DNA of 64,000 bases from positions 9,744,698 to 9,808,697 of the forward strand of contig OZ037765.1 in NCBI GenBank assembly GCA_964035545.1, in the 5' to 3' direction. Of this stretch, positions 9,906 to 21,723 are shown piece after piece (positions within the stretch are counted from its first letter, which is position 1; each line of letters opens with the position of its first letter). The DNA is from Bugula neritina (taxonomy: Eukaryota; Animalia; Bryozoa). A program made the position numbers and the translations under genes. The notes below the pieces were generated by a model. It had not been told where the DNA came from. It was given only the letters and a program-made list of their open reading frames with translations, and searched no databases.

Positions 9906-10811
9906 ATGGTCCCAGGGGACTCAGCCCCTGAGGCAGCGGGAACACCAGCCCTCACTGTTGAGGCGTTGGTCGCAGCCCTCCAGGGATTGCGAGGGCAAAG
10001 TCAGGCATCACCTGGTGACAGGTATCGCCTCCAGCCCCCGAATTTCGGAGGAGAAGGAGACGTAGAACAATTCATCAGGGAGTTCCAGGATGTGGCCACC
10101 ATCGCTGAATGGCCAGTACGGGTGCGCATCCTCCAACTTCGGGCCTGTCTGACAGGCCGGGCCAAGAGCTTCGCTCTTGGGCCTGATGAAGAGCACATCA
10201 TGCGGGCTCTCAGAGCCCAGTTCGGCCTAACAACCGAAGAAGCAGCTGATCATTTGCAGATAATGAGGAGGGACCGGAGGACTCCCCTGGAAGACCACGC
10301 AAACGAGGTAGAGCGCCTGGCTCAGGCTGCTTTCGGTCACGCCACTGGCGACGACCGGAAGCGCCTCGTTTATAACGCGTTTTTCCGAAGCGTGAATCAC
10401 CCGGACCTGCAGCGATACTGGCTGGCTGCCAAGGTCAGCAGTATAGAAGAAGCGCTGGAAATGGGGAAGGCTTACTTCCAGGTGGAAGAGCCTAGGCGAC
10501 CGAGCTATACAGCCCGCCAAGTGGTCGAGGAGCATGAGGAGACCACCCCACTTCCAACTCCACAGGTAGCAGCAGCTGCAACTAAATCACCCGAGCAGAC
10601 GCAGCTCACCATGTTAATGGACATGATGAAAGGCCTGCAGGCTACGGTGACGAAGTTGCAGAGCGAACAGGCGGATAGGCGGGCTCCCCGATCACGGGAC
10701 AACCCTGTCCGCCCATCTCTGCTAACCTGTTGGGGGTGCGGGGCGCAAGGGCACGTGAGGAGGCACTGCCCTAGAGGCCAAGGGCTTTTAAACACCCAAG
10801 GCTCACGGTAA
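9906..10811 (+). CDS. gag: gag of element B (301 aa)
   Basis: ATG ORF after the PBS with a C-terminal CCHC knuckle CWGCGAQGHVRRHC. Confidence 0.93.
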   Translation: MVPGDSAPEAAGTPALTVEALVAALQGLRGQSQASPGDRYRLQPPNFGGEGDVEQFIREFQDVATIAEWPVRVRILQLRACLTGRAKSFALGPDEEHIMRALRAQFGLTTEEAADHLQIMRRDRRTPLEDHANEVERLAQAAFGHATGDDRKRLVYNAFFRSVNHPDLQRYWLAAKVSSIEEALEMGKAYFQVEEPRRPSYTARQVVEEHEETTPLPTPQVAAAATKSPEQTQLTMLMDMMKGLQATVTKLQSEQADRRAPRSRDNPVRPSLLTCWGCGAQGHVRRHCPRGQGLLNTQGSR

Positions 10812-10831
10812 CTTCCGCCAACCGTGGGCCT
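10787..10831 (+). promoter_or_regulatory. -1 ribosomal frameshift signal of element B
   Basis: T_TTA_AAC in gag frame (10787-10793), 5-nt spacer, 11-bp stem 10799-10809/10821-10831. The -1 frame stays open into the protease. Confidence 0.85.
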
Positions 10832-13800
10832 CACGCCAATCCCATCCGGGATAGGACTCGGAGAGGAGAAGAAGAGACCTCCACAGGGTCTGCTGATACC
10901 GAGTGGCAGAGGCCACAGAGATCTCGGAGACCGCAAGGTCTACCCGATCCTTTGGCCGGGTCATTCGAGACCCGGATGCAACTAGAAGAAGCAGGATGGC
11001 AGGCACCTCGGAGATCTCGGAGACCGCAAGGTCTACCCGATCCTCCGGCCTGGCCACTCCAGAACCGGTTCGCGGGGTTGCCCGAGGAGGTTGTGGAGGA
11101 GGATTCAGCTTACTCGCAAGAGTACCCCAAGCTACCCTCCCGACCTCAGAAAACCCCCGTTGTCTCTAAGACGAAGAGGAGGCCCGCTGTGCGGACCCAA
11201 GTTGTGTCTCCCCCAGAGACTGACCGCTCCAGGAGCACCCAGCCGTATGGAAGCAGCTACTTCTTGCCCGGAAAGATTTCGGGTAAAGCTGCCACATTCC
11301 TACTGGATACTGGGTGCACTACCAACCTGCTGAGTAGGCGTCTCTTTGACACTCTTGGTGCACGAGAGCGGGCGAGCCTCGAGCCGTATGAAGGTGCGCA
11401 TGGTACGTTGGCGGACGGATCATGCATTCCTTTCTACGGCGTCATTTCACTACCTGGACGCGTCCGTGATCAAGCAATTCACGAGACGTTCATAGTCAGC
11501 CAGCTGAAGGAGGACGCCATCCTGGGAATGCCGTTTCTGGAGAAACACCAGTGTCACATGGATTTCCAAAAGTCAGTGGTGGTGATGGCTGGGAAGGAAC
11601 TTGTCTGCGTCGACAAGTTCGGAAGGCCCTTGGTGGGCGGAGTCCAGGTAGTACGGGACTGCACAGTTTCGGGGAGATCCCAGGCGACTCTTTGCTGCAG
11701 AGTCAACTGCAAAGGGATCGCCGGCCTGGGGGTGGTTGAGGGAACGCACGGAGCGATCCGACTAGCAAACAGCCTGAATCGGCTAGATTGTCGGCAGGAG
11801 CTCCTCGTGCAGTGCATCAACCCCTTCACGGAACCTATCCGATTATCGGCTGGAGCGCTGGTGGGGAAGTACCACTCCATCCAGGAAGCGGATGTGGGTC
11901 CGGCACTGGAGACAGTGGCCGACACCCAGGGGAACCCCACTCACACCAGACGAGGAGCAGTCCCGGAGCATATGGCTGACCTGTATGATGGAGCGTGTGG
12001 AAACTGTACAAGTAGTACTGAACGCCAAGTACTGGCTCAACTACTTGCGGAGTACAGTGATGTCTTCAGTTGTGGCGATGGAGACATGGGGCTGACCAAG
12101 GTCATCTCCCACGAGATACTCCTGGCAGCCGGCACCACTCCCATCAGGCAGCCTACCCGGCGTCTAGGCCCGGAGAAGGAGAAGGAGGTGAGCCGACAGG
12201 TACAGGATCTTCTCGACCGGAATCTGATTGAGCCTGCCCACGGTGCGTGGAGCTCTCCAGTAGTCCTGGTCAAGAAAAAGGATGGTAGCTGGAGATTCTG
12301 CGAGGACTACCGCAGACTCAACAGTGTTACCATCTAGGACGCCTACCCTCTCCCACGGATAGATGAGTCTCTGGATGCCCTCGCGGGTAGCAAGTACTTC
12401 AGTACTTTGGATCTGCTTAGCGGGTACTGGCAAGTACCCCTCAGTCCTGATGCCCAGGACAAAGCAGCGTTCATCACCCGCGACGGGCTCTGGAAGTGGA
12501 AAGTACTGCCATTTGGACTAACGTCCGCTCCGGCAACTTTCCAACGGCTCATGGAGCAGGTCCTCAGTGGGTTACACTGAAAGACCCTCCTCATCTATCT
12601 GGACGACGTCATTGTCATCTCCCCAGATTTTTCGACTCATGTCAGTCGTCTGCGGGAGGTCTTTGACCGTCTCCGGGCAGCTGGACTGAAGCTGAAGCCC
12701 TCCAAGTGCGCACTCCTGCAGCCGGAAGTCACGTACCTGGGCCATGTGGTTGGCCGTGATGGGGTCGCTACCGATCCCGAGAAGGTACAAGCTGTAAAGG
12801 AGTGGACTGTCCCCCGTGACCTCCCTGAGTTGCGTGCATTCCTGGGCCTAGTAGGGTACTACCGGCAGTACATACCTGGTTTCGCAGGAGTGGCTCAGCC
12901 GTTAAATCGGCTGACCGCCAAGGGGGTCCGGTGGCAGTGGACGCAGGAGGAGCAGCAGGCATTCGACCACCTCAAGCAACAGCTAATGGAGGCGCCAATT
13001 CTGGCGTATCCTGATCCAGCCAAGGAGTACATCCTGGACACCGACGCCAGCGACCACAGCGTGGGAGCTGTCCTGTCTCAAGTCCAGGGTGGAAGTGAGG
13101 TGGTCGTGGCTTACTACAGCAAGACTCTCGCAGCCGCCGAGAAGAACTACTGCACCACTAGGAAGGAACTCTTAGCAGTAGTCAAGGCGGTCAAGCACTT
13201 TCGGCCATATCTGTATGGGAGAACGTTCCGTTTGCGAACAGACCATGCATCACTGATATGGCTATGTAAACGTGCAGAGCCCTCGAGCCAGGTGGCTCGT
13301 TGGCTAGAGATTCTTGCCGAGTTCTCTTACCGGATAGAGCACCGTGCAGGCCGGAAGCATGGGAACGCTGACGGCATGAGCCGCCGGCCGGTAGAGGACT
13401 GTAAGCAATGCCTACACATTGAGAAGCGGGACGGGGGACCCGCTCGCCTTGATGTGGAAACAGAGTTAGGGGAGGGCGCCGTCTACCGGTGGGAGCACGG
13501 CCATCTTCGGACCGAAACCCACTCAGACGGCGTCCAGGCACTCCACGCCAACCCCACTCTGTACCAGAATGTCAAGGAGCTGTGCCGACTCCAGGAGACG
13601 CTACCCGGCGCGGTAGCAGACATTTTCCGCGCCAAGAAGGAGGGCCGACGACCTAGCGAGGAACAGCAGCGGCAGGGAGATGTTGAGTTCCAACTCCTCT
13701 GTCGTCGCTGGGATGCCCTCAAGGTCAGTCCTGATGGCCTCCTGATGATAACGTTAGCAGCAGACAACCGTCAGCAAGAGAGGGACCGCGTCGTCTGTCC

Positions 13801-15892
13801 ACGCGCCCTCCGACGGGAACTGATCTGGGACACCCATAAGCAGGCTCATTCTGGAGTCAGTCGGGTCATCAGGTGTCTGCGGCTGCGTTGGTATTGGCCC
13901 GGAATGACTCGGGACGTACGACTGCGGGTACGGCAATGCGAGGTCTGCCAAGCTAGCAAGTATGGCCGCCCCACGGAAACCACTGGTCGACGCCGGCTAT
14001 ACGCTGGTCGACCGTGGCAAGTAGTGGCGGTAGACCTCGTCGGGCCTATGCCGTTATCCGCCAGAGGGAACACCTGGATACTGGTGCTCACGGACCACTT
14101 TACCCGGTGGGCAGATGCTCTGGCTATTCCAGACGCAACAGCCCCCACGGTGGCCCGGACCCTGGACCAACATGTGTTCTGTTACCTCGGTTTACCCGAG
14201 CAGATACATACGGACCAGGGTGCCCAGTTCCAGTCCCAGCTCATGGGAGACCTCTGCCGGATATGGGGGGTGAACCAGAGTCGGACCACCCCATATCACC
14301 CGCAAGGAAACGGAGTCGTCGAGCGGAACAACAGGATGTTGGGTGACGCCCTCAGGAGCCTGCTCCTTGGTCGAGGTCAAGAAGAATGGGACGTGGTGCT
14401 GCCGCAAATCATGCAGGCTTACCGCAGCACACCACACTCCGCCACGCAGGAGACCCCAAACTTCCTGATGCTAGGCCGAGAGACGCGGGTTCCAGAACAC
14501 CTGACATACCATGTTCCTGTCCCCGAGTCACCGGTACACGAATACGTGGAGGGTCTGGTAGACATCATGGGCAAAGCTCATGATGCACTGCGTACCCAGC
14601 AGTGGCAGACCCGCACAGAGGACTCGGAAGGGCCCCCGTTGTACCAGGTGGGAGACTGGGTCTGGATGGTGAGCTACCGTAGGCGACGCGGACAGTCGGC
14701 TAAACTTCAGCCCAAGTTTGTCGGTCCCTACTGCGTAGTGGAGGTGCTGCCCAACCACACGTACCGTGTGGAGCGCTCTGAACAGGTCTCGGTCCAGAGC
14801 GAGCAGCGCCTGAAGCCTTACCATGCCAGCCCAGACGCAGTGGGTGAGACTCCACCCCTCCTGGAGCCCCACCGCCAGCCCAACCGTCGAGGACGGGCCA
14901 CCCAGCCCCGAGAGGTGGAAATTGTGGTCCCTAGAGAGGCGGACCAGGAGCAGGCCGCCTTGCTGGAGCAGCTGGAGCGACAGCAGAGAGAGGAGCGGGA
15001 GCAAGAACAGCAGCAAGCCCTAGGACCACCACCACCCTCCCTGGGGGAGGACACCCCCACCCACGTGTTGGGTGAAGGCGGGGACCCCCCTACTAGGGTA
15101 GCCCAGGAGCCACTGGCACCATCAGCGCCTGCTCCAATTGAGAGGAGCCAGCGGTCACGCAGATCCCCCAGATACCTGGCAGACTATGCTGTAGGGCACC
15201 TGGAGTGGCCCCCTCATGAGGACAACCAACCCAGTACGAACGACCACCCCATCTTGGCTGGAAATTCCCTCCATCACCCCGGAGAATTCCACCAAGAAGA
15301 AGATTTCACACAGCTAGCACGTGAGTTACAGCTTAAGTTGAATTCTAATCCTGATACCCCTAAGTATAATTTAAACACTGTTATTCAGACACTAGCATCA
15401 GCTATGGGTATTACCTTGCCAGATACCCAAACAGAGGAGCGTAAGGATACCGAGGAGGCCAGTCAATTCGACTCCCCTCCCCCACCAGCTCCTGTTTCGG
15501 CTCCCTGCAGCCAGCAGGACGACACCCCCTCTTTCGAGGTGTGTTCCGCCAGCGTTAGTGGCCCTGACCCCGAACCGGTTGAGCTCCAACTCACAGCTGG
15601 GGAGGAGCAGGGCACTCTATACGGCGACCACCCCGCAGGCAGAGACGAAGAGGACTCTCCAATACTGGCAATGCCTCGGGCCCTGGTCGCCCGCCAGTAT
15701 ATGATATCTGGAGCACCAGGCAGCCAGATAGAAGAACAGACTCAGCTAACCCACCCACAATTGCCCCGTCACGGGCAGAGTATGGCACTTCCTTACCGAG
15801 AGTGCGTCCTGGATAGTGCAATCCAGGCCTGGTCCCGTATCCTCGACCCATGTACAGAAGGGATAGAAAGCCTGGTGCACCACCTCCAATGA
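10787..15892 (+). pseudogene. pol: pol of element B with in-frame stops
   Basis: Single frame: protease LLDTG, RT YLDD, RNase H, integrase HHCC plus D-D-E (AVDLV, HTDQG, VVERNN), GPY motif, long acidic/Pro-rich tail. TAG at 12335-12337 (Q in element A) and TGA at 12578-12580 (W in element A). Confidence 0.93.
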
Positions 15893-16046
15893 TAAAACCT
15901 GACAATTAGGGGCCGCTGGCAATAGCCACCTGGACTGTATATATTCTCTTGTTACGTGTGATTAATCATAATACTTTTCTGTTAACCGCATATTTTTCTA
16001 CGTTTGTGTTTCATTTTTTTTTGTGTGGAGTCATTGTTTTGTTATC

Positions 16047-16077
16047 AAAAAGGGGATGCTTTTCGATGGGGGGAGAA
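16047..16077 (+). other. Polypurine tract of element B
   Basis: AAAAAGGGGATGCTTTTCGATGGGGGGAGAA directly before the 3' LTR. Confidence 0.85.
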
Positions 16078-16613
16078 TGTGATAGATTCTCATCCTCTAC
16101 TGTAACTGCGTGTGTCAGTATTATAATTACTGTTGCGTATATTTTGAATGCTGTAATTGTAGCTAAGTTGGGCTAGCTTTCTAATGCCTTATTATTGTGA
16201 TTGTTGTTAAAGCTTTCAGTATAATGTAATTTTCATGAAATACTGTGATAGATTGTGCCTTGGTTTTGTTGTTTGCTAAATAATGTTAATTGAGGTCCGA
16301 TGTTTGGAGTTCCGAGTTTCGGCTTGTCCGAAGATCGGTCCTCCCGATCTTCGGCCCTGCCGAATTTCGGAGCTACCGAACTTCGAACCACACACACAAA
16401 AGATTCTTTGTTCTATGTTCTTTTGTTCGCTGTATATAAAAGCAGGCGAGTTACGGTGTAAAGTCAGACTACTACTGGAGCTCGCTGGTAGTAGGACCAC
16501 ATAAGCTGTATCTGATGCAAATAAAGTTATCTTTCATTCGTATTCAAATACTTGGCTTATTCTCTCTAGAGCATGTAGGCACTAGTTGCATTCAAAACCC
16601 ACAGTTTACTACA
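16078..16613 (+). repeat. 3' LTR of element B
   Basis: Near-identical to 9320-9855. Confidence 0.97.
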
Positions 16614-16935
16614 ATATGCTACTATAGTTAATTCGACATTGTTTTTATTAGCTAGAGAAATCTGAAAAAGTGCAGAAGTATTGTTTGAATTAATTATTAT
16701 TATTCAAACTAAGACATGCTAAAAAAATTCCAACTATTATTTTATTGCTTATAAGTATATTTGAAAGAAATAAAATGAAGCGAAAAATAACTTTTATAAC
16801 TTTTTTTGCAGCCTAATAAATATGATTTTGGGCAAAAATATATTGTTTTATCATGTTTGCAAGTTGACATTTATAAAATTGTGGCTAACAAAATTCAAAC
16901 TTTAAAGTATGCTGCTCTGTAACTAAAGCTGTGGT

Positions 16936-19590
16936 TTAAAGATCAGTTTGGGGTCTATTGGCAATCCATTTCTGTATGTTTGGAAGAGCTGTTACCCTCT
17001 GAACTAGTTCATATACACCTTTGTGTGCTTTGATAGCCTCCAAACCAGGTCCATCCTTATACTGCTCCAGCAATGACACGGTCACAAGATCAGCCATGGA
17101 AACCTGTACACATGCAGATAGTGGTAGAATGTTGCCTAATGAACAATTTGTAAATTATGTTTAGAAAATTATAATTTGCTCTAATATTGAACAAATAAAC
17201 ACTTTTTAGTTGCCTTTTTCATAATTTGCTAATACTTTGTGATGTGCAAACAGATTAAAAAGTATTTCATATTTAATGTAGTAAAATACATTATAATATA
17301 CTCTGACATAAAACACTAAGAAGCATATAATATAGCTCTACTGGCTTTTATAGTTGTGAGAATATGAAGTTCATTTGAATATAATCCAATTCTAACTGCA
17401 AACCGAGTAAATTTTTAGCAGAAATGAAATAGAAATAAGAATTAAAATGAAGTAGCTTTTTATTTGCAAGAAAAGTTACTTTTGGAAAATAACATAGAAC
17501 CAGCTAACCAAAATGTTTTTGAGGCTGGCTGGGTTTCATATAAATGAATAGTCATTTATCAGATATATAGTTTTTTTCAGGTTTATAATTGAATTGTATA
17601 TATAGGTCTATATGCTATATATCTCAAGCTTTATAATGGTGCCAAAATTGTCAGCTGCCAAACCCAATTTTCTGTGATTACCTTCACTGTCAGAGCTTTT
17701 CAGCATCTATTTGGGTAATATGCATTGATGCCACTAACAACAGAAATATTTTTGGTTGTGAATTTTTATTGCTGCCAAAATGCCACATTTTTTGTTTTTA
17801 TATTATATGTTACCTTTTTCCCAACTAGCCAATCTTTTCCACCAGACAACCTGCCAGCCAACAACTTCAAAAGTTTTGGTAGAGATACAGAAAAGTATTC
17901 TTTAAACATCTCAGCCTAAATAAAGCATGCATGTATTACAATAGTCACACAAGTTGTGCTTATGTTATACAAGATTATTTTCCTTTTTATTTGTAGTAAT
18001 TAATATAACTTTAAATTAAAGCTATTTTCTTTTATCTTTGAAAATACTCAAAAGTAATTTTTTATGCTGCTGAAGCACGTTGTGAATGGTATATATACGT
18101 CACTGTATGTAATACTCTCAGTGCCATTTAACTAATTTGAAATGGACATGTATTGAAAATTTCACCATTTTTTTGCAAATTGAACACTTTTTTAAAATTA
18201 GACTTGTTAATATAATGTTAAAGCAAGCATATACAAATAAAAGATGTATAATATATGTTATTCATGAAAAGCAGCATAAGCATAATTCAACATTTTCAAA
18301 AATTATTCGCTTAGTACTCCAATGTTTTACATGTTTGTTACTGCATTCTGTTGGGATGTTCTTAAGTGCAAGAAGTTACTTCATATATCTTATATTTTAA
18401 TTATGATAAAATGTGCTTAATACACTCAAAATACAATAATATTGTTAGTACATTAAATCTCCAGTAATGGGGGTATGATCAATGTCTATTTATAACAGTT
18501 AAATGACGAAATTGCAGTGTATACACAAATAGTACCTATCTTAGTTTCTAGTTTAAAACATTCTACCTAGCTGCTTATACCTGTTTGTCCTTATCTTCAC
18601 AAAAAGCAGCTTTTACAGAGGCATTGAATGCATCTTGTGTACACTCCCAAATCATATGGATTAATGCAGCTTCAATGTTATTGCAACCAATAAGACCTAA
18701 AAAAGAAAGATAATTTCAATTTGATGATTTAATTCACCCATTTTACTGTTTTTGTAAGTATATTATCTTGTATAGTTATGGCTCAGTTGTATTCAGCTAA
18801 ATGAGTGTCTAATGTACATATCAGTGCAACAGTATTTTCCTCATGACAAACTTTCTATTTCAGATAAATACTAGGAGTGCTACCAGTTGAATGACCCTGA
18901 GGTCAATATTGTAAATTAGAGGTAATAAAACCAAGTAAACTGATGTCTTCACATTTAGTGCCAAACATATTATTGGAGTGCTTTAACCAAGTTGTTTTCT
19001 TTGCTTCAACTATAAGTTTTATAATCAGTATACATTATTTGTTAGGATAATTCATTCCAGCACCAGATATTTTTTATAGATGCAATAGCTGTACTAACAA
19101 CTTCATCTTACAAGTTAAAGCAATGAGCATTCACACAGCTCAAGCAAAGAAGGTGATAAACTTTCTTTAAAAATACATGATAGTTTAATGAGTTAAGTGG
19201 AGGTAACATAGTTACCATATTCTCTGGCGACATACAGAGCTATAGCTCCAGAAGTAGCTACTGATTGACCATCAGATTCCAAATAAGGCAAAGAACCAAT
19301 TGGAGTGCCTGTAGAATGCAAGAACATACTAGATTGGTATGCAATCTACTAACAAAGCTTCAAGGAGTACATACAAAATAATCGATTGATAAATGAAGCC
19401 ATTATTTGAATCTCAAGAACACAGATTTAGAACTGATGCTAGATGACTTACTTGGTTTAACAGATGGCCAGTCTGCAAACTCTATTCTCTTATCCTCCCA
19501 TTTAGCACCTCCTTGAACTAAAATCCATCGGATCTGTTCAGCACGTCCTCTGCCATTGAAGTATACCAACTTAACATTAGAAGGTGCCAT
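16936..19590 (-). CDS. Glutathione S-transferase, sigma-class-like, cytosolic (GST-1)
   Basis: Exons 19590-19452, 19308-19216, 18696-18581, 17915-17814, 17103-16936, all GT-AG and in frame. Motifs [46 protein letters not shown]. Confidence 0.92.
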
Positions 19591-21642
19591 TTTGTTTAAT
19601 AGTCTGATGCACTACGTCCACTCCCCAACAGTTTACACTAACTGACAAGTCTTGAAATCAGCTTATTGTAATCTGATATATCAGCAGATTTGGTGATACT
19701 GAGCAAAACTATCATGCTTGATATAATATATTTCTCTTATACTTTCTGCAAACAGCAAAACCAAACTACGCAAATATTTTGGGACTTATTGATATGCAAT
19801 GGTATAGATATGCCTAGCTACAACACCTTAGGTTGCTTTGGTTGGCATGCTTGTTTTAGTATGTGGGCATTTGTTATGTTTGTATTTAGATAGAAATGAT
19901 TATGACAACCAGTTTTTTATCAATTAATGTAAATATTTGTCTTTTCAAAGCCTTTTTATACAAGCTAATGATAATCAATCTAATACCTATATTGGCTGAA
20001 TGGGTAGTTTAGGGGTGGGTACAGTTTACAAACACATTTTATGTCAACTTTTTGAAATTCACAGTTGGTTTAAGGTCATACTTTTCATTTTCTGGCTCTT
20101 TGCCAGGTGCTTTATGTTCTATATGAACAATGTTCCACTGATAGCTCGAACAGGTCGAATGTCACAGGAACAAAAAAAATATGAAAAGATAAAGAAACTT
20201 ATGTTCTCCAATATACTTTTTTATTTTTTTCAAAAGCCAATTCATGTTTAAGTTATAGCTTGTTGAAAAACATAGTCCCCCTTCCACATTCTTTTCAATT
20301 TATACGCTCCTGACTTGTTATTGTGTCTCAATATGCCTTGTATTTGAGTGCTTGTTAGTCTCGCTTCACTAACTTTGCCTATACTTCACAAGTGCCAGTG
20401 CTGCTGGCTCAAAAGCTAAATGTTATAAACTGTCAGCTAAAACCCAATCTTGTATTCCTAGGTTGGTTGGCCTAAATAAAACAATAGTCAAATCATGATT
20501 TCATGTTTTAAAAATTTACTCTATTCTAACCTGCTGCCTAGCTAGTTCTATTTTTGATGTATAATTACAAAATTTGTGATACATTTTTTTGGCAACCATG
20601 TGATTTATAAAATGCAGTAATGGTACTTACAATATTATATTATTATCATTATAATATATTATATAGTATTATGTGTGTTTTTATTATACTGCATAATATC
20701 TATTTTATTATTGTTGTTGTGCAAACAAGTGCAATTAACCTAGTTTTCAAAATGTACCTCTAAATTATCAGAATATCAGTTTAGATATTTTCATGCTTTG
20801 TAAGGTAAACCTAAAAAAAGAGGCTGTATTCCCAAAGTAAAGGGTGTTGAACTATGAACTATATTAGATTAGCCACTCTGCTACCAAGTGCATCAGTATA
20901 ATATTATATGAATAGCTCTGATGCTTTGTTTCCGGTGGCTGGCTGCGATATGATAACTTGGCCAACTTCCAAGAGTTTAAAATTGGCGCAATTATTCAAG
21001 AGGTTACATACTGCACAGAGCTAGCAGTGATAGTAACCGTGCTATTGGCAGTACTTATTACAACTGCCAGCATATAAGCTGCATTGTAGAATGCCGTTGG
21101 GGTAGGCTATTAAAACCAAATTCTGCTCTCTAATATACCTAAGACACAATGCAGCAACATAATTGTTCATTTCAAATTACATTGCCACCCTTACATGAGC
21201 TGTGGGCTTCATAAAGATTCATATGATTAGAGATTTATGCTATAGGCTAGCTATGATGAAAATAACACACCATTGTCAAAGTTAACTTCAAGTATGTTGT
21301 TTTCCAGAAACTCAGTAATGTCCATTTATCTCTCGCATACAAATACTTATGTAATAGCATACAGTTTAAGTTTTATTTTAGAGCACATCTGCAAACTCTA
21401 CAATAAGAGCTTGCTTTACCAGTCTATTTCAGACCTGTTTTTGTAGCTAGTAATACGCAAGCTACTTATTTTTAAACTTTTGGGTTATTTGTTCAAAACC
21501 ATTAGCTTTGCTAGTAACCCGAGACTATTGCAACAGTTGACTGCTATCAACATGAATTGACAGCCTAATAATTATAACCCGTTTGCGCGCGAAATATTTA
21601 TGTAATGATACTGACTCATATAGTGCGCGTCTCATTATCGAT

Positions 21643-21723
21643 GACTGCGTGGTCCAGAGGTTAGAGGCGTCAGCGACGAGTTAGTTGGTCATGGTTCAAC
21701 CCTGTTTTGTTGCAATTTTTTTT
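21643..21723 (+). mobile_element. tRNA-derived SINE-like head
   Basis: A-box-like TGGTCCAGAGG, B-box-like GGTTCAACCC, then a T-run. No clean cloverleaf. Confidence 0.4.

Larger units (their letters stand above)
9320..16613 (+). mobile_element. Ty3/Gypsy LTR retrotransposon B (full length, two nonsense codons in RT)
   Basis: 536-bp LTRs (9320-9855, 16078-16613) with two substitutions seen. ATAT TSD at 9316-9319 and 16614-16617. PBS, PPT, gag with CCHC knuckle, pol PR-RT-RH-IN. Confidence 0.97.

Noticed and set aside
12335-12580. Programmed read-through at the TAG/TGA in element B RT
   Set aside because: They replace conserved Gln and Trp codons by single transitions, so they are simple nonsense mutations.
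4220-15905. Many overlapping antisense or alternative-frame ORFs inside the retrotransposons
   Set aside because: Expected in GC-rich coding DNA, with no recognisable domains.
21643-21723. Functional tRNA gene (similar A/B-box-like traces at about 45630-45730 and 46390-46455)
   Set aside because: No acceptor stem or cloverleaf could be built; more likely SINE remnants.
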